Assembly (NCBI GenBank): GCA_947258615.1
Contig: CAMYIX010000075.1
Coordinates: 1-61,504 of the forward strand
Length of the DNA stretch: 61,504 bases
Origin: an uncultured Ectothiorhodospiraceae bacterium
GTDB taxonomy: Bacteria; Pseudomonadota; Gammaproteobacteria; UBA9214
Reading direction: 5' to 3'
The notes under the pieces were generated by a model. It saw only the letters and a list, made by a program, of their open reading frames with translations. It was not told where the DNA came from and did not search any database. Position numbers and translations under genes: made by a program. Position 1 is the first letter of the stretch; the number at the start of each line of letters is the position of its first letter. Of this stretch, positions 33,965 to 46,786 are shown piece after piece.

Positions 33965-35341
33965 CTAGTGTCGCACCTCCGGCTGGCTGGCTGGATCCTG
34001 GTCACTGCCTCCCAGGGCATCAACGACCCGCTCCATGCGCATGCGCCGCGAACCCTTCACCAGTATGGTCAGTTCTGAGCGGCGCAGGGCGTCCAGCCCC
34101 GCCAGCAGTGCCGCCAGCGTATCGAAGGCCATCCCCCGGTCACCGAAGGCGTCCACCGCCTCCTGCGCCAGTTCACCCAGGCCGAACACCCGGTCGATAC
34201 CTGCATGGCGCGCCCGGCGACCGGCCTCGCGATGCAGTGCCGCTGCCTCCGTCCCCAGTTCGCCCATGTCACCCAGTACCAGCCAGGTCTCTCCCGGTGC
34301 CGTTGCCAGTACATCGAGTGCGACCTGCAGTGACTCGGGATTGGCGTTGTAGCTGTCATCGATCAGCGTTACCCCGTCGGGCAGGTGCCGGACTGTGAAA
34401 CGTCCGGCGACCGGCGACAGCGATTCCAGCCCCCGGTATACCGCGTCCAGATCGACACCGGCGGCCAGGGCGGCGGCCGTAGCAGCGAGGGCGTTCATGA
34501 CGTTGTGCCGTCCGGGAAGTGGCAACTGCAGTTCAAGCTCGCCCCGGGGCGTCTTCAGCACCACCCGGCTACCGCTGACATCGCCTGACCAGTCGGCCTG
34601 TACCGCGGCCGGCCGCTCCAGCCCGAAATCGATTACGCGGGCGGTTCCGGCCAGTTCGCGCCACAGCGGGGCGAAGCGGTCATCGGCATTGATCACCGCG
34701 GTATCCCCCGCCGCCAGGCGGGCAAATACCTCGCCCTTGGCGCGGGCCACACCCTCCAGGTCGCCAAAGCCCTCCAGGTGAGCCGGGCCGGCATTGGTAA
34801 CCACGGCAATCGTGGGTTGCGCAATCCGCGTCAGGTAGTCGATCTCGCCCGGATGGTTGGCGCCCATCTCGATCACCGCGAAGCGGTCATCCGCGGACAG
34901 GCGGGCCAGCGTCAGGGGCAGCCCGATATCGTTGTTGAGATTGCCGCGGGTCGACAGGGTGCGGCCCGTTCGGGAAAGGATGGCGTCGGTCATGGCACGC
35001 ACCGTGGTCTTGCCGTTGCTGCCGGTAATCGCCACCAGCGGCAGCGCGAAACGGCTGCGCCAGTTGGCCGCAAGCCGGCCCAGTGCCAGCCGGGTATCGT
35101 CCACCTCGAGCAACGGCAGGGCGGTTTCCCGCAGCCGGCTGACGGCCGCAGCCGCGGCGCCCTGCTCGCGCGCCACCTCGAGATAGTCGTGACCATCGAA
35201 ATTCGGCCCCTGCAGCGCCACGAACAGGTTGCCCTCCTGCAGCTGGCGGGTGTCGGTGCTGACACCATGGAACAACACGTCGCTGGAGACACAGCGGCCA
35301 TCGAGCACCTGCGCGGCCTCCGAAAGCTGCATTGCCATCAT
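33965..35341 (-). CDS. murF: UDP-N-acetylmuramoyl-tripeptide--D-alanyl-D-alanine ligase
   Basis: The start is placed at the ATG at 35341, which forms an ATGA overlap with the murE stop. Alternative starts are 35350 and 35332. The sequence reads ...[12 protein letters not shown]...DDSYNANP... Confidence 0.85.
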   Translation of the reverse strand: MMAMQLSEAAQVLDGRCVSSDVLFHGVSTDTRQLQEGNLFVALQGPNFDGHDYLEVAREQGAAAAAVSRLRETALPLLEVDDTRLALGRLAANWRSRFALPLVAITGSNGKTTVRAMTDAILSRTGRTLSTRGNLNNDIGLPLTLARLSADDRFAVIEMGANHPGEIDYLTRIAQPTIAVVTNAGPAHLEGFGDLEGVARAKGEVFARLAAGDTAVINADDRFAPLWRELAGTARVIDFGLERPAAVQADWSGDVSGSRVVLKTPRGELELQLPLPGRHNVMNALAATAAALAAGVDLDAVYRGLESLSPVAGRFTVRHLPDGVTLIDDSYNANPESLQVALDVLATAPGETWLVLGDMGELGTEAAALHREAGRRARHAGIDRVFGLGELAQEAVDAFGDRGMAFDTLAALLAGLDALRRSELTILVKGSRRMRMERVVDALGGSDQDPASQPEVRH

Positions 35342-36873
35342 CGCGCCCATTCCCGCTGCAGGGCCATGACGCGCTCGCGATCACTGAAGGGTATCGACTT
35401 GCCGGCGACGATTTGTACCGTTTCATGGCCCTTGCCGGCGATCAGCACGATGTCATCCGCAGCGGCCTCTTGCAGTGCGCTGTTGATGGCAGTACCCCGG
35501 TCATGCTCGATACTCACCCGGTCGGGATGTTCCAGTCCGGTGATGATATCGGCCATGATGCGTTCCGGGTCTTCGTTGCGCGGATTGTCGTCCGTGATCA
35601 CGATTCGGTCCGCGCGTCGTTCCGCAACCGCCGCCATCAGCGGCCGCTTGCCGCGATCACGGTCACCGCCGGCGCCGAACACGCACCATAATTTTCCTGT
35701 GCAATGGACCCGCAGGGCCTTCAACACCTCGTCCAGCGCACCCGCGGTATGCGCGTAATCCACCACCGCCAGCGGCCTGTCCAGCCCCATGTCGAAACGC
35801 TCCATCCGCCCCGGTACGGTACGCGTGCGCGCCAGGCGCAGCAGGGCCTCTTCAAACGGCAGCCCGGTCACGCACAGGCTGGCCAGTGATGCCAGCAGGT
35901 TACTCGCGTTGAAACGCCCCAGCAGCGAACTCTCCAGTACACCACTCCCCCAGGGGGTGTGCACCTCCAGGGACATCCCGGCCAGGTCCAGCTTCAGGTT
36001 GCGCCCGACAACCCATTGGGCCGGGTAACGGGTCCGGTAGGGTTCACCCTCGAGACGGTAGGCGACCGGCGCCACGCCCGGCGGTATGTCATCCAGCAGG
36101 GTACGCCCGAAGGCATCGTCGGCATTGATAACGGCATAGCGCAGTCCGCTGCTGTGAAACAGCTTGCGCTTGGCCCAGGCATAGGACTCCACATCGCCGT
36201 GATAATCGAGATGATCCCGCGACAGGTTGGTCAGCACCGCCACATCGAAGTCCACCCCGCTCACCCGTGACTGGTCCATGGCATGCGAGGACACCTCGGC
36301 CACCACGCAGCGCACACCCTTTTGTTGCATGCCATACAGGGCCTGCTGCATGGTCAGTGCATCCGGTGTGGTATGGGTGGCAGCGCTCAGCTCACTGTAC
36401 AGGCCGTAGCCCAGGGTACCGATTACGCCGCAACGGCGGTCGCTGCTGTCCAGTGCCTGGGCGATGTAATGACTGCAGGAGGTCTTGCCGTCGGTTCCGG
36501 TGATGCCGATCACGAACAGGCCGTGCGAGGGGTGGCCATAGAAGCGATCGGCGATCAGGCCGACCAGCTGACTGAGACCGCGAATGGCAATCACCGGGAC
36601 CGGCAACAGGGCCGCCAGTTCGGCCAGCCCGGGCTCATCGGCCGCCGGCTCCCAGGCCACGGCGGCCGCGCCCAGGGCGATGGCCTGGCGCGCGTGGTGC
36701 AACCCGTGGGTCCTGCTGCCTGCCACGGCCAGGAACAGGTCACCCGAGTGCACCTTGCGACTGTCGAGCGCCAGGCCCGAAAGCGTCACTTCCTGTCTGA
36801 TTGAGGCCTCGGTCAGGCCGTGCAACAGGCCCGACAGGGTATGGTCTGTCATCAGCGCCTTTGCCGTCATCAT
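35338..36873 (-). CDS. murE: UDP-N-acetylmuramoyl-L-alanyl-D-glutamate--2,6-diaminopimelate ligase
   Basis: 511 aa, ...IGITGTDGKTS...DYAHTAGALDEVL...DNPRNEDP... Confidence 0.9.
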   Translation of the reverse strand: MMTAKALMTDHTLSGLLHGLTEASIRQEVTLSGLALDSRKVHSGDLFLAVAGSRTHGLHHARQAIALGAAAVAWEPAADEPGLAELAALLPVPVIAIRGLSQLVGLIADRFYGHPSHGLFVIGITGTDGKTSCSHYIAQALDSSDRRCGVIGTLGYGLYSELSAATHTTPDALTMQQALYGMQQKGVRCVVAEVSSHAMDQSRVSGVDFDVAVLTNLSRDHLDYHGDVESYAWAKRKLFHSSGLRYAVINADDAFGRTLLDDIPPGVAPVAYRLEGEPYRTRYPAQWVVGRNLKLDLAGMSLEVHTPWGSGVLESSLLGRFNASNLLASLASLCVTGLPFEEALLRLARTRTVPGRMERFDMGLDRPLAVVDYAHTAGALDEVLKALRVHCTGKLWCVFGAGGDRDRGKRPLMAAVAERRADRIVITDDNPRNEDPERIMADIITGLEHPDRVSIEHDRGTAINSALQEAAADDIVLIAGKGHETVQIVAGKSIPFSDRERVMALQREWAR

Positions 36874-38582
36874 GCCGGTTCTCCTGAAGTCTCGTTACGG
36901 GTTTCCAGTAGCGGATAATTGTCCGGCGGTATCGCCATCAGGCGCAGCGCCCCCGACAGCACCCGTGAAAACACCGGGGCAGCCACCTGGCCGCCGTAAT
37001 ACTTTCCGTTACCGGGTTCGTTCACCATGACCACCATGGCCAGGCGCGGCCGGGTAACCGGGGCCACGCCGGCAAACACCGCGAGGTACTTGTCATCCGC
37101 ATAACCACCGGCGATCGACTTGCGCACGGTGCCGGTCTTGCCCGCCACCCGGTAACCGGCCACGCGCGCAGCCAGGGCGGTACCCTCGGGGCCGGTGACG
37201 TCTTCCAGCATGGCCATCAGCTGCCGCGCCACGCCCGCCGGCAGGATCCGCTCACCGCGTGGCGCGGCATCCTGGCGCAGGAAACTGACGGGCCGCCTGA
37301 TCCCCTCGCCCGCCAGGACCGCGTAGGCCTGGGCGAGTTGCAAGGGGGTCGCCGAAATACCGTAACCATAGGCCAGGGTGGCCGTCTCGATCGGGTTCCA
37401 GTTGCGGTAACCCACCAGCAGCCCGGAGGCCTCACCCGGGAACCCGCTCTCTGTCTGGACACCGAAACCGAGATTCGACAGCAGCGACCAGATCCGCTCT
37501 GCCGGCAGCGACAGGGCGATCTTGGTAATGCCCACGTTGCTGGACTTGCGAATCACACCGGTAACATCAAGTTTGCCGTAATTGTGCACATCCTTGACGG
37601 TGTTCACGCCGACACGCAGCCAGCCCGGCGTCGTGTCCACCGGCGTGTCCGGACGGTAGCGCTTGCCTTCGAGTGCCGCGGCGACAATAAACGGCTTTAT
37701 CGTCGAGCCCGGCTCAAACACGTCAGTGACCGCGCGGTTGCGCAGGTTCTTGCGACGCAGCTGCTGGCGGTTGTTGGGGTTGTAGGACGGCTGGTTGACC
37801 ATGGCCAGCACCTCCCCGGTCTCGATGTCCAGCACCACCGCCGACGCCGACTGCGCCTTGTGCTCCTGCATGGCCGCCTTCAGTTCACGGTAGGCCAGGT
37901 ACTGGATGCGACGATCGAGACTCAGCACCAGGTCCTTGCCGGGACGCGGGCGGCGGATGCTTTCCACGTCCTCGACCGCATGGCGGCGGCCGTCCTTGAT
38001 CACCCGCTTGGCACCCGGCTCGCCACGCAACCACTCCCCGTAGGCCAGCTCCAGCCCCTCCTGACCGACATCATCGATATTGGTGAAACCGACCACGTGC
38101 GCGGCCACTTCACCGCCGGGGTAATAGCGCTTGTATTCCTTCTGCAGGTAGACGCCGGGGATGTCCAGCATCCTGACCTGAGCGGCCAGCGAGGGACTGA
38201 CATGACGGCGCAGATAGACAAACTCGCGTGCCGCGTTGCGGGCCAGCAGCTGCTGCACATGATCACGGTCGAGCGACAGCAGGCGTGACAGCGCGGAGAT
38301 GCCCTGCTGCACACTCTCCAGTTCCTGCGGGTTGACCCAGATGGATTCCACCGGGGTACTCACCGCCAGCGGCTCGTTGTTGCGATCCAGGATCATGCCG
38401 CGGTGCGCCGGCAGTTCGACGACGCGCAGGTGACGTGCCTGCCCCTGGGTCTGCAGGAAGTCCTTGTCCAGTACCTGCAGGCCGACGGCACGCCACACCA
38501 GCGTCAGCAGCGCCACCAGCATGGCCAGGATCAGCAGTATGCGCCGGCCCGGCTGCACCGAAAATGTTGCGTCCCTGTTCAT
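36870..38582 (-). CDS. ftsI: Peptidoglycan D,D-transpeptidase FtsI (PBP3)
   Basis: The ATG at 38582 forms an ATGA overlap with the ftsL stop. It has a TM segment (RILLILAMLVALLTLVW). Motifs seen: ...PGSTIKP (SxxK) ...SSN... and a KTGT box (AGKTGTV). Confidence 0.9.
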   Translation of the reverse strand: MNRDATFSVQPGRRILLILAMLVALLTLVWRAVGLQVLDKDFLQTQGQARHLRVVELPAHRGMILDRNNEPLAVSTPVESIWVNPQELESVQQGISALSRLLSLDRDHVQQLLARNAAREFVYLRRHVSPSLAAQVRMLDIPGVYLQKEYKRYYPGGEVAAHVVGFTNIDDVGQEGLELAYGEWLRGEPGAKRVIKDGRRHAVEDVESIRRPRPGKDLVLSLDRRIQYLAYRELKAAMQEHKAQSASAVVLDIETGEVLAMVNQPSYNPNNRQQLRRKNLRNRAVTDVFEPGSTIKPFIVAAALEGKRYRPDTPVDTTPGWLRVGVNTVKDVHNYGKLDVTGVIRKSSNVGITKIALSLPAERIWSLLSNLGFGVQTESGFPGEASGLLVGYRNWNPIETATLAYGYGISATPLQLAQAYAVLAGEGIRRPVSFLRQDAAPRGERILPAGVARQLMAMLEDVTGPEGTALAARVAGYRVAGKTGTVRKSIAGGYADDKYLAVFAGVAPVTRPRLAMVVMVNEPGNGKYYGGQVAAPVFSRVLSGALRLMAIPPDNYPLLETRNETSGEPA

Positions 38583-38848
38583 GGCCTCACGATCACGAAG
38601 CTGTCCGGCTCCGGATTGATCATGCCCAGCCGGGTACGCGCCGCCTGCTCCACCTGTCCGTGGGTCGTGAGCGTGCCCTGTTCCAGCTGCAACTGGCCCC
38701 ATTCGACATCCATACGGTCTTTCTCGTAACCCAGGCCCTGTAACTCGACAAACAGCATGCGGTTCTGGTGGCGGACGTAGACCACGCCCACCGATGACAC
38801 AATCACGGCCAGCAGCAGGATGAACGTCGTTGTCGGCTTCACTTTCAT
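38579..38848 (-). CDS. ftsL: Cell division protein FtsL
   Basis: 89-aa bitopic protein (TTFILLLAVIVSSVGVVYV) followed by a coiled coil. It occupies the conserved position between rsmH and ftsI. Confidence 0.8.
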   Translation of the reverse strand: MKVKPTTTFILLLAVIVSSVGVVYVRHQNRMLFVELQGLGYEKDRMDVEWGQLQLEQGTLTTHGQVEQAARTRLGMINPEPDSFVIVRP

Positions 38849-39780
38849 TGCAGGCGCTCCGCCAGCCTCAAGACCGCGCTGCGGGCACGCGGATTGCGGT
38901 CCAGTTCTGCCGCGCCCGCGCGAATGGCCTTGCCCACGGGCCGCAGGCGCGGCTGGTGGCCCGTGCCCGCCAGCGGAAAATCCGGCGGCAGCGGCTCACC
39001 CTGGTATTCGCGGCGGATGAAGCGCTTCACCATGCGGTCCTCGAGGGAGTGAAAGCTGATCACCGCCAGCCGCCCGTGCGCCGCCAGGATTTCCGGCACC
39101 TGCTCGAGCACCGACTTCAGGTCATCGAGTTCATGATTGATGTAGATACGAATGGCCTGGAAACTGCGCGTGGCGGGATGCTTGTTCTTTTCGCGCACCG
39201 GCACGGCCGCCGCGATCAGTTCTGCCAGCTGGCGCGTGGTCTCGATGGGGGCGCTGCTGCGCGCCGCCACCAGTGCGCGCGCGATGCGGCGTGCAAAGCG
39301 CTCCTCGCCGTAGGTCTTGAGCACGTCACTGATGGCGGACTCATCCGCCTGAGCGAGCCACTGGGCGGCACTGATGCCGGTGCCGGGGTCCATGCGCATA
39401 TCAAGGGGGCCGTCATCCGAAAAGCTGAATCCACGCGAAGGGTCATCGAGCTGCGGGGAGGAAACACCGAGGTCCAGCAACAGACCGTTTATCTTTCCCT
39501 GCAGTTGTCGCTGCGCAAGCAGATGGCTCAGCATCGTGAATGCACCCTGTTCAATCTCGAATCGTGGATCGCTACCGTATTGTTCTTCGGCCGACTGCAC
39601 GGCCTCCGGGTCCTTGTCCATCGCCAGCAATCTTCCTTCCGGTCCCAGCCTGCCGAGGATGGACCCCGCATGCCCGCCACGACCGAAGGTTCCATCCACG
39701 TACACGCCATCGGCCCGTATATCGAGCCCCTCCAGAACTTCATCGAGCAGTACCGGCTGGTGTGGGTAGTCCGTTACCAT
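38845..39780 (-). CDS. rsmH: 16S rRNA (cytosine1402-N4)-methyltransferase
   Basis: 311 aa, ...HQPVLLDEVLEGL...VDGTFGRGGH...LLDLGVSSPQLD... Confidence 0.95.
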   Translation of the reverse strand: MVTDYPHQPVLLDEVLEGLDIRADGVYVDGTFGRGGHAGSILGRLGPEGRLLAMDKDPEAVQSAEEQYGSDPRFEIEQGAFTMLSHLLAQRQLQGKINGLLLDLGVSSPQLDDPSRGFSFSDDGPLDMRMDPGTGISAAQWLAQADESAISDVLKTYGEERFARRIARALVAARSSAPIETTRQLAELIAAAVPVREKNKHPATRSFQAIRIYINHELDDLKSVLEQVPEILAAHGRLAVISFHSLEDRMVKRFIRREYQGEPLPPDFPLAGTGHQPRLRPVGKAIRAGAAELDRNPRARSAVLRLAERLQ

Positions 39781-39783
39781 GAA

Positions 39784-40236
39784 TCAGAGCGTCAGCGATC
39801 CGAGTGAGTCCGGCAGTTCACCGCTATCGCGTTCCCCTGACACCCATTCACCACAATTCTGTTCCCAGGTCTGTTCATTCCAGATTTCAAACTTGTTTCC
39901 CAGACCGGCAAGCACCACGCGCTTGTCCAGGCTGGCGAATTCACGCAGGCGCGGCGGGATCAGAATCCGGCCGCTCTTGTCGATATCGAGTTCGGTGGCA
40001 TGGCCCAGCAACATGCGCTGCAAGGTACGGGTGCGCTTGTCCTGGTTTGGCAGGCGGACCAGTTTGCGTTCGATCTCATCCCAGTCCGGGTGGGGATACA
40101 GCAGCAGGCAGCGGTCGTCGTGGACAGTCAGTACCACGCGCCCTTCGCAGCGTTCCTCCAGCGCGGCCCGGTAACGGGTGGGAAATGCCAGCCGCCCCTT
40201 CGCATCCAGATTGACTGTGCTGCCACCACGAAACAC
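39784..40236 (-). CDS. mraZ: Transcriptional regulator MraZ
   Basis: 150 aa, MFRGGSTVNLDAKGRLAFPTRYR... plus a second DxxGR repeat (IDKSGRILIP). Confidence 0.95.
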   Translation of the reverse strand: MFRGGSTVNLDAKGRLAFPTRYRAALEERCEGRVVLTVHDDRCLLLYPHPDWDEIERKLVRLPNQDKRTRTLQRMLLGHATELDIDKSGRILIPPRLREFASLDKRVVLAGLGNKFEIWNEQTWEQNCGEWVSGERDSGELPDSLGSLTL

Positions 40237-40261
40237 TTTTGCCCCCTAAGCTCCCCAAATC

Positions 40262-40286
40262 CCCATTTATTACCACTGCTTCCCAC
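40262..40286 (-). promoter_or_regulatory. Candidate MraZ operator: three TGGG/TGGT repeats at 10-nt periodicity
   Basis: The minus strand reads GTGGGaagcaGTGGTaataaaTGGGG, immediately downstream of the -10 element and 26-50 nt upstream of the mraZ ATG. This matches the E. coli arrangement of TGGGN direct repeats with 5-nt spacers. Confidence 0.5.
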
Positions 40287-40294
40287 TTTGCGAC

Positions 40295-40324
40295 ACTATA
40301 GGGAGCCGGCACGACCTCTGTCAA
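40295..40324 (-). promoter_or_regulatory. Pmra-type sigma-70 promoter of the dcw cluster
   Basis: The minus strand reads TTGACA-18 nt-TATAGT, preceded by an AT-rich UP-like tract (TTTTGATTTTTTGC). Confidence 0.6.
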
Positions 40325-40684
40325 GCAAAAAATCAAAAGAATCTCCTTTTTGGGCAGTAACTTAGCTCAGTTTCTGAATTCCGTAAGACAACACTTTGAA
40401 CATATAAATTGCAAATCAAAAGCTTGCTGGAATTACCTACAGTAAATTGCTAACTTAAAAATTTATTTCCCCCTGTCCGGGTCACTCGGCGGCCGCAATT
40501 TGCCACTTTCCAGGCATTATAACCGGCCACCAAACCCAATATCTTGGGTTTCTTTCAGGCGTGGAACCCAGATAAAGGGATAGGGTGGATCCCGGATGCA
40601 CCGCTAACCGCGGCCGGGTGTGGACGACGGGCGCATCGCTCTCGCGCATCCCTGCGCGCGCGATGTACCCACATCCCTGTAGGC

Positions 40685-40711
40685 AGAAAAAAGGCCTGCT
40701 GGGCAGGCCTT
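40685..40711 (-). terminator. Rho-independent terminator downstream of ssb
   Basis: The minus strand reads AAGGCCTGC-CCA-GCAGGCCTT-TTTTTT, about 26 nt after the ssb stop. Confidence 0.7.
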
Positions 40712-40740
40712 GGTCAGAAATTGAAGCCTCCGGCTAGCCG

Positions 40741-41178
40741 TCAGAACGGGATGTCATCATCAAACTCACCCGGGCTGGTGTTCGCGGCCGCCGGTTGTGC
40801 GGCTGCGGGCGCCGGTTCAGCGGCATAACCTGCACTGCCGCCACGCCCGCCCAGCATCTGCATTTCATTGGCGATGATCTCTGTGGTGTATCGGTCGTTG
40901 CCGTTCTTGTCCTGCCACTTGCGGGTCTGCAGCCGGCCCTCGACATAGACCTGTGACCCCTTTTTCAGGTACTCCCCCGCGATTTCGGCCAGGCGGCTGT
41001 AGAACACGATATTGTGCCATTCGGTGCGTTCCTGCTTTTCGCCGCTCTGCTTGTCCTTCCAGGCATCCGTGGTCGCCAGCGTGACGTTCGCCACCGCATT
41101 GCCACTCGGCATGTAGCGGACTTCCGGGTCCCTGCCAAGATTGCCTATCAGAATTACCTTGTTTACTCCTCGTGCCAT
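40741..41178 (-). CDS. ssb: Single-stranded DNA-binding protein
   Basis: Starts at the ATG at 41178 ([37 protein letters not shown]...), with an AGGAGA Shine-Dalgarno sequence. The tail is Gly/Ala/Pro-rich and ends DDDIPF. Confidence 0.95.
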   Translation of the reverse strand: MARGVNKVILIGNLGRDPEVRYMPSGNAVANVTLATTDAWKDKQSGEKQERTEWHNIVFYSRLAEIAGEYLKKGSQVYVEGRLQTRKWQDKNGNDRYTTEIIANEMQMLGGRGGSAGYAAEPAPAAAQPAAANTSPGEFDDDIPF

Positions 41179-41325
41179 TGTGCTCTCCTGTTCTAGATAT
41201 CCATTCACTATCCCTGTGGTCCGCACCCCGCTGTCGGGAACGATCAGCGCAGGTGTCTCCGGCCCCTATTCTATGCGATGGCCGGCGGACGATCTATGCA
41301 ATCCTGCCTGCCCGGCCACGCCGTT

Positions 41326-42663
41326 TCAAGGCAGGGCAGTCGCGTCGAACAGCCGCTTGTCCACCTTGAGATAGGCCACCCCCTCCTCCGGGACGACCAC
41401 CGCCTCGGCCACCCCGGCCACCCCGGTCAGCTCCCGCGCGAGGGCTTCGGCGTCGGCCGGGTCCAGCGCCACGATCCTGTGGACATAGCTGACCAGCTTG
41501 CGCGGCGGGTGCATCGGCATCGCCAGGACAAGCCAGAGCAGTAACACCAGCGCGGCCGCGGCAAACACCGCCTGCAGCCCGAACCCACCCTGCACCAGGC
41601 CGCCCAGCGCACCGCCGAGAAAGGCGCCGAAGAACTGGGAGCTGGAATAGAAGCCCATCGCAGTCCCGCGACAGTCCACCGGTGCAACACGCGAGATCAG
41701 CGACGGCAGCATGGCCTCCAGCAGGTTGAAGGCAGTAAAAAACACGAACATCATCGCCACCACGGTGCCCAGGGTGAGCGGCAGCAGGTACAGGCCGGCC
41801 TGCGCCAGCGCCAGCACGGCGATGGCTCCCAGGAACACCGGCTTGACCCGCCCCTTGCGCTCGGCCTGGATAATGAAAGGCACCATGACCAGCACCGAGC
41901 ACACCAGGACGGGCAGGTAGACACCCCAGTGTTTGCCTGCCTCCAGGCCCACCGTGTCACGCAACACCAGCGGCATGACAACGAAGGTCGCGGTCAGCAC
42001 GGCATGCAGCACCAGGATGCCGAAATCGAGCCTCAGCAATTCGGCATTGCGAAGCACCCGGCCGAATTGCGCGGGCACCGCCTCTGCCTCCCGGTGCACG
42101 TGCAGGGTCGCCGGGCGCGGTACGACGAAGGCCACAATGCCGATCCCGCCGATGGCCAGCACAGCGGTGATCCAGAAGATCCCCGGTACGCCCACCCAGT
42201 CGTTGAGCAGCGGCCCCAGGATCAATGCGGCGGCAAACGACAGGCCGATGCTCATACCGATCAGGGCCATCGCCTTGATGCGATGGTGTTCGCGCGTCAG
42301 GTCGGCGGTCAGCGCCATCACGGCAGCGGCAATGGCACCCGCCCCCTGCAGGGCACGGCCGAGGATCACGATCTGAATGGATTCCGCCTGGGCGGCCACC
42401 ACGCTGCCGAAGGCAAATATCAGCAGGCCGCCGATAATGACGGGCTTGCGGCCGATGCGGTCGGAGAGCAGACCGGCGGGGATCTGCAACAGCGCCTGGG
42501 TGATGCCATAGGCACCGATCGCGAGCCCGGTCAGCGCCGGGGTCACGCCCTCGAGCTTCCCCGCATACAGGGCGAACACCGGCAGGATCATGAACAACCC
42601 CAGCATACGCAGGGCATATACGCCGGACAGGGAAATTGCCGCCCGCAGCTCGCTACGGCTCAT
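41326..42663 (-). CDS. MFS transporter with a C-terminal ferredoxin-like (YAM-type) domain, YajR-like
   Basis: Starts at the ATG at 42663 (MSRSELRAAISLSGVYALRMLGLFMILPVF...). It carries the MFS signature LSDRIGRKPVII. After the last TM helix there is a soluble tail of about 60 aa (VHRIVALDPADAEALARELTGVAGVAEAVVVPEEGVAYLKVDKR), as in E. coli YajR. Confidence 0.75.
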   Translation of the reverse strand: MSRSELRAAISLSGVYALRMLGLFMILPVFALYAGKLEGVTPALTGLAIGAYGITQALLQIPAGLLSDRIGRKPVIIGGLLIFAFGSVVAAQAESIQIVILGRALQGAGAIAAAVMALTADLTREHHRIKAMALIGMSIGLSFAAALILGPLLNDWVGVPGIFWITAVLAIGGIGIVAFVVPRPATLHVHREAEAVPAQFGRVLRNAELLRLDFGILVLHAVLTATFVVMPLVLRDTVGLEAGKHWGVYLPVLVCSVLVMVPFIIQAERKGRVKPVFLGAIAVLALAQAGLYLLPLTLGTVVAMMFVFFTAFNLLEAMLPSLISRVAPVDCRGTAMGFYSSSQFFGAFLGGALGGLVQGGFGLQAVFAAAALVLLLWLVLAMPMHPPRKLVSYVHRIVALDPADAEALARELTGVAGVAEAVVVPEEGVAYLKVDKRLFDATALP

Positions 42664-42767
42664 GCCGGTCACTGACCCGGAGTCCTGACTCACTTGATTG
42701 AAACCTCTTTGGATGTGACCGTGAAAACGCCGTATATTAACAGGTTGCCGTTTTCGCCGGAAACCAA

Positions 42768-45620
<2,853 letters not shown>

Positions 45621-45647
45621 GTCCGGCCGGGGGCAGGCACCCCGCCA

Positions 45648-46409
45648 TCAGCCGGGCGGACCGTGCAGGGTGATCGGCAAACCGGTGCGCGCCCCGAGCA
45701 CCTCGCTGGCCCGTCCCCGGTTCACGGCGATCTCGACCAGCCCGCTGGAGTTTGGATACCAGAACGCCTCGCCCCCGGGCACATCGGAAAAGGTGCGCGC
45801 CGCGCGCAGCACATGACCATTGATTTCCAGCAGCGCGTCCGCTGGCAGCGCCGTGGCCCGCACCCCGCTGATGGCATTGCCGAAATGATCGATATACACC
45901 ACCTGGAACAGCTCGTCCGGCCAGCCACTCCGGGGGCTGCGCTGCGCCACCACGGCACCGCCACCGGGCACCCCGTCCCGCGCCAGGCGGGCGGCCACCG
46001 GTGCAAATACATCGCGCCCATGGAAACTGCTCGACACCCCCCGCGCCGGCGGCAACCGCCAGTAGGTCAGCGTCCGCGCACGCCGGGCCAGCAACTCGAA
46101 CAGGCCCTCGTCCGCGCCCACATACCAGCGCCCGTCAGCCTCGAGCACGACCCCGGGACGGTCACCGCCGACCCCCGGGTCGACCACGCAGAGAAACACC
46201 GTGCCCGGCGGAAAACCTGCCGCGTAGGCCGGCAGCAGATAGGCGGCCGCCTGGATGTCATGGGACGGCAGATCGGAAAACAGCCTGATGATCGGCACCC
46301 CGGGTGCCTGCAGTAGCAACACGGCCTCCACCTGGCCGCTGTAGGGCCCCTCCAGACCGAAGTCGGTGAACAGCACCACCATGGCCGGGGTTTCACTGGA
46401 GGACGGCAT
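45648..46409 (-). CDS. SAM hydrolase / SAM-dependent halogenase family protein (DUF62, SAM hydroxide adenosyltransferase-like)
   Basis: ...MVVLFTDFGLEGPYSGQVEAVLL...VVDPGVGGDRPGVV...SFHGRDVFAPVAARLA...IDHFGNAISG.... The ATG at 46409 overlaps the upstream stop (TGATG). An alternative start is 46382. Confidence 0.8.
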   Translation of the reverse strand: MPSSSETPAMVVLFTDFGLEGPYSGQVEAVLLLQAPGVPIIRLFSDLPSHDIQAAAYLLPAYAAGFPPGTVFLCVVDPGVGGDRPGVVLEADGRWYVGADEGLFELLARRARTLTYWRLPPARGVSSSFHGRDVFAPVAARLARDGVPGGGAVVAQRSPRSGWPDELFQVVYIDHFGNAISGVRATALPADALLEINGHVLRAARTFSDVPGGEAFWYPNSSGLVEIAVNRGRASEVLGARTGLPITLHGPPG

Positions 46410-46786
46410 CAGTTGTTGCGGGCGCCCTGGTCCACCCATAGCTGCAGCACCCGGGTCTGCGCGGGCGTGAGCGGCTCGGCGCGACCATGCGGCATGCGCA
46501 TGGAGGGGTCCGCCCGGCCCTCCACCAGCATATTGAATATGCTGCGGCGGCTGTCGCCCGGCACGATCACCGGGCCGTAGAGCGTGCCCTGCATCAGGGT
46601 CTCGTAGCTTTGCATATTGAGGCGGGTCTTCAGGTAGCCCTTGCCCTGCGGTGGCCTGTGGCAGGCCAGGCAGTTGTTTTCCAGGATGGGATAGACATCA
46701 CCCTGGAAACTCATGCGCGGCTTGCTGGCACAGCCCGCCAGCAAGGTGAACAGAACCAGGCTGAACAGCATGCGAAGGCGTTTCAT
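46409..46786 (-). CDS. c-type cytochrome lipoprotein (PSCyt1 / Planctomycete cytochrome C-like domain)
   Basis: The ATG at 46786 forms an ATGA overlap with the upstream stop. It has a lipobox (LLAGC) and a heme motif (CLACH). The pattern ...VIVPGDSRRSIFNMLVEG....MPHG...LTPAQTRVLQLWVDQGA is typical of PF07635-type domains. Confidence 0.7.
   Translation of the reverse strand: MKRLRMLFSLVLFTLLAGCASKPRMSFQGDVYPILENNCLACHRPPQGKGYLKTRLNMQSYETLMQGTLYGPVIVPGDSRRSIFNMLVEGRADPSMRMPHGRAEPLTPAQTRVLQLWVDQGARNN

Noticed and set aside
40325-40740. Possible RNase P RNA (rnpB) next to mraZ, as in Pseudomonas
   Set aside because: Conserved P4/J-region strings such as GGAAAGTCCGGGC, or their complements, are absent. 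The free space of about 360 nt has an AT-rich half that is incompatible with rnpB.
41188-41203. Possible SOS box upstream of ssb (CTGTTCTAGATATCCA), and a similar half-site upstream of uvrA at 42728-42743
   Set aside because: Only one CTG/CAG half is intact in each. They are far weaker than the two lexA boxes, so they were not called as features.
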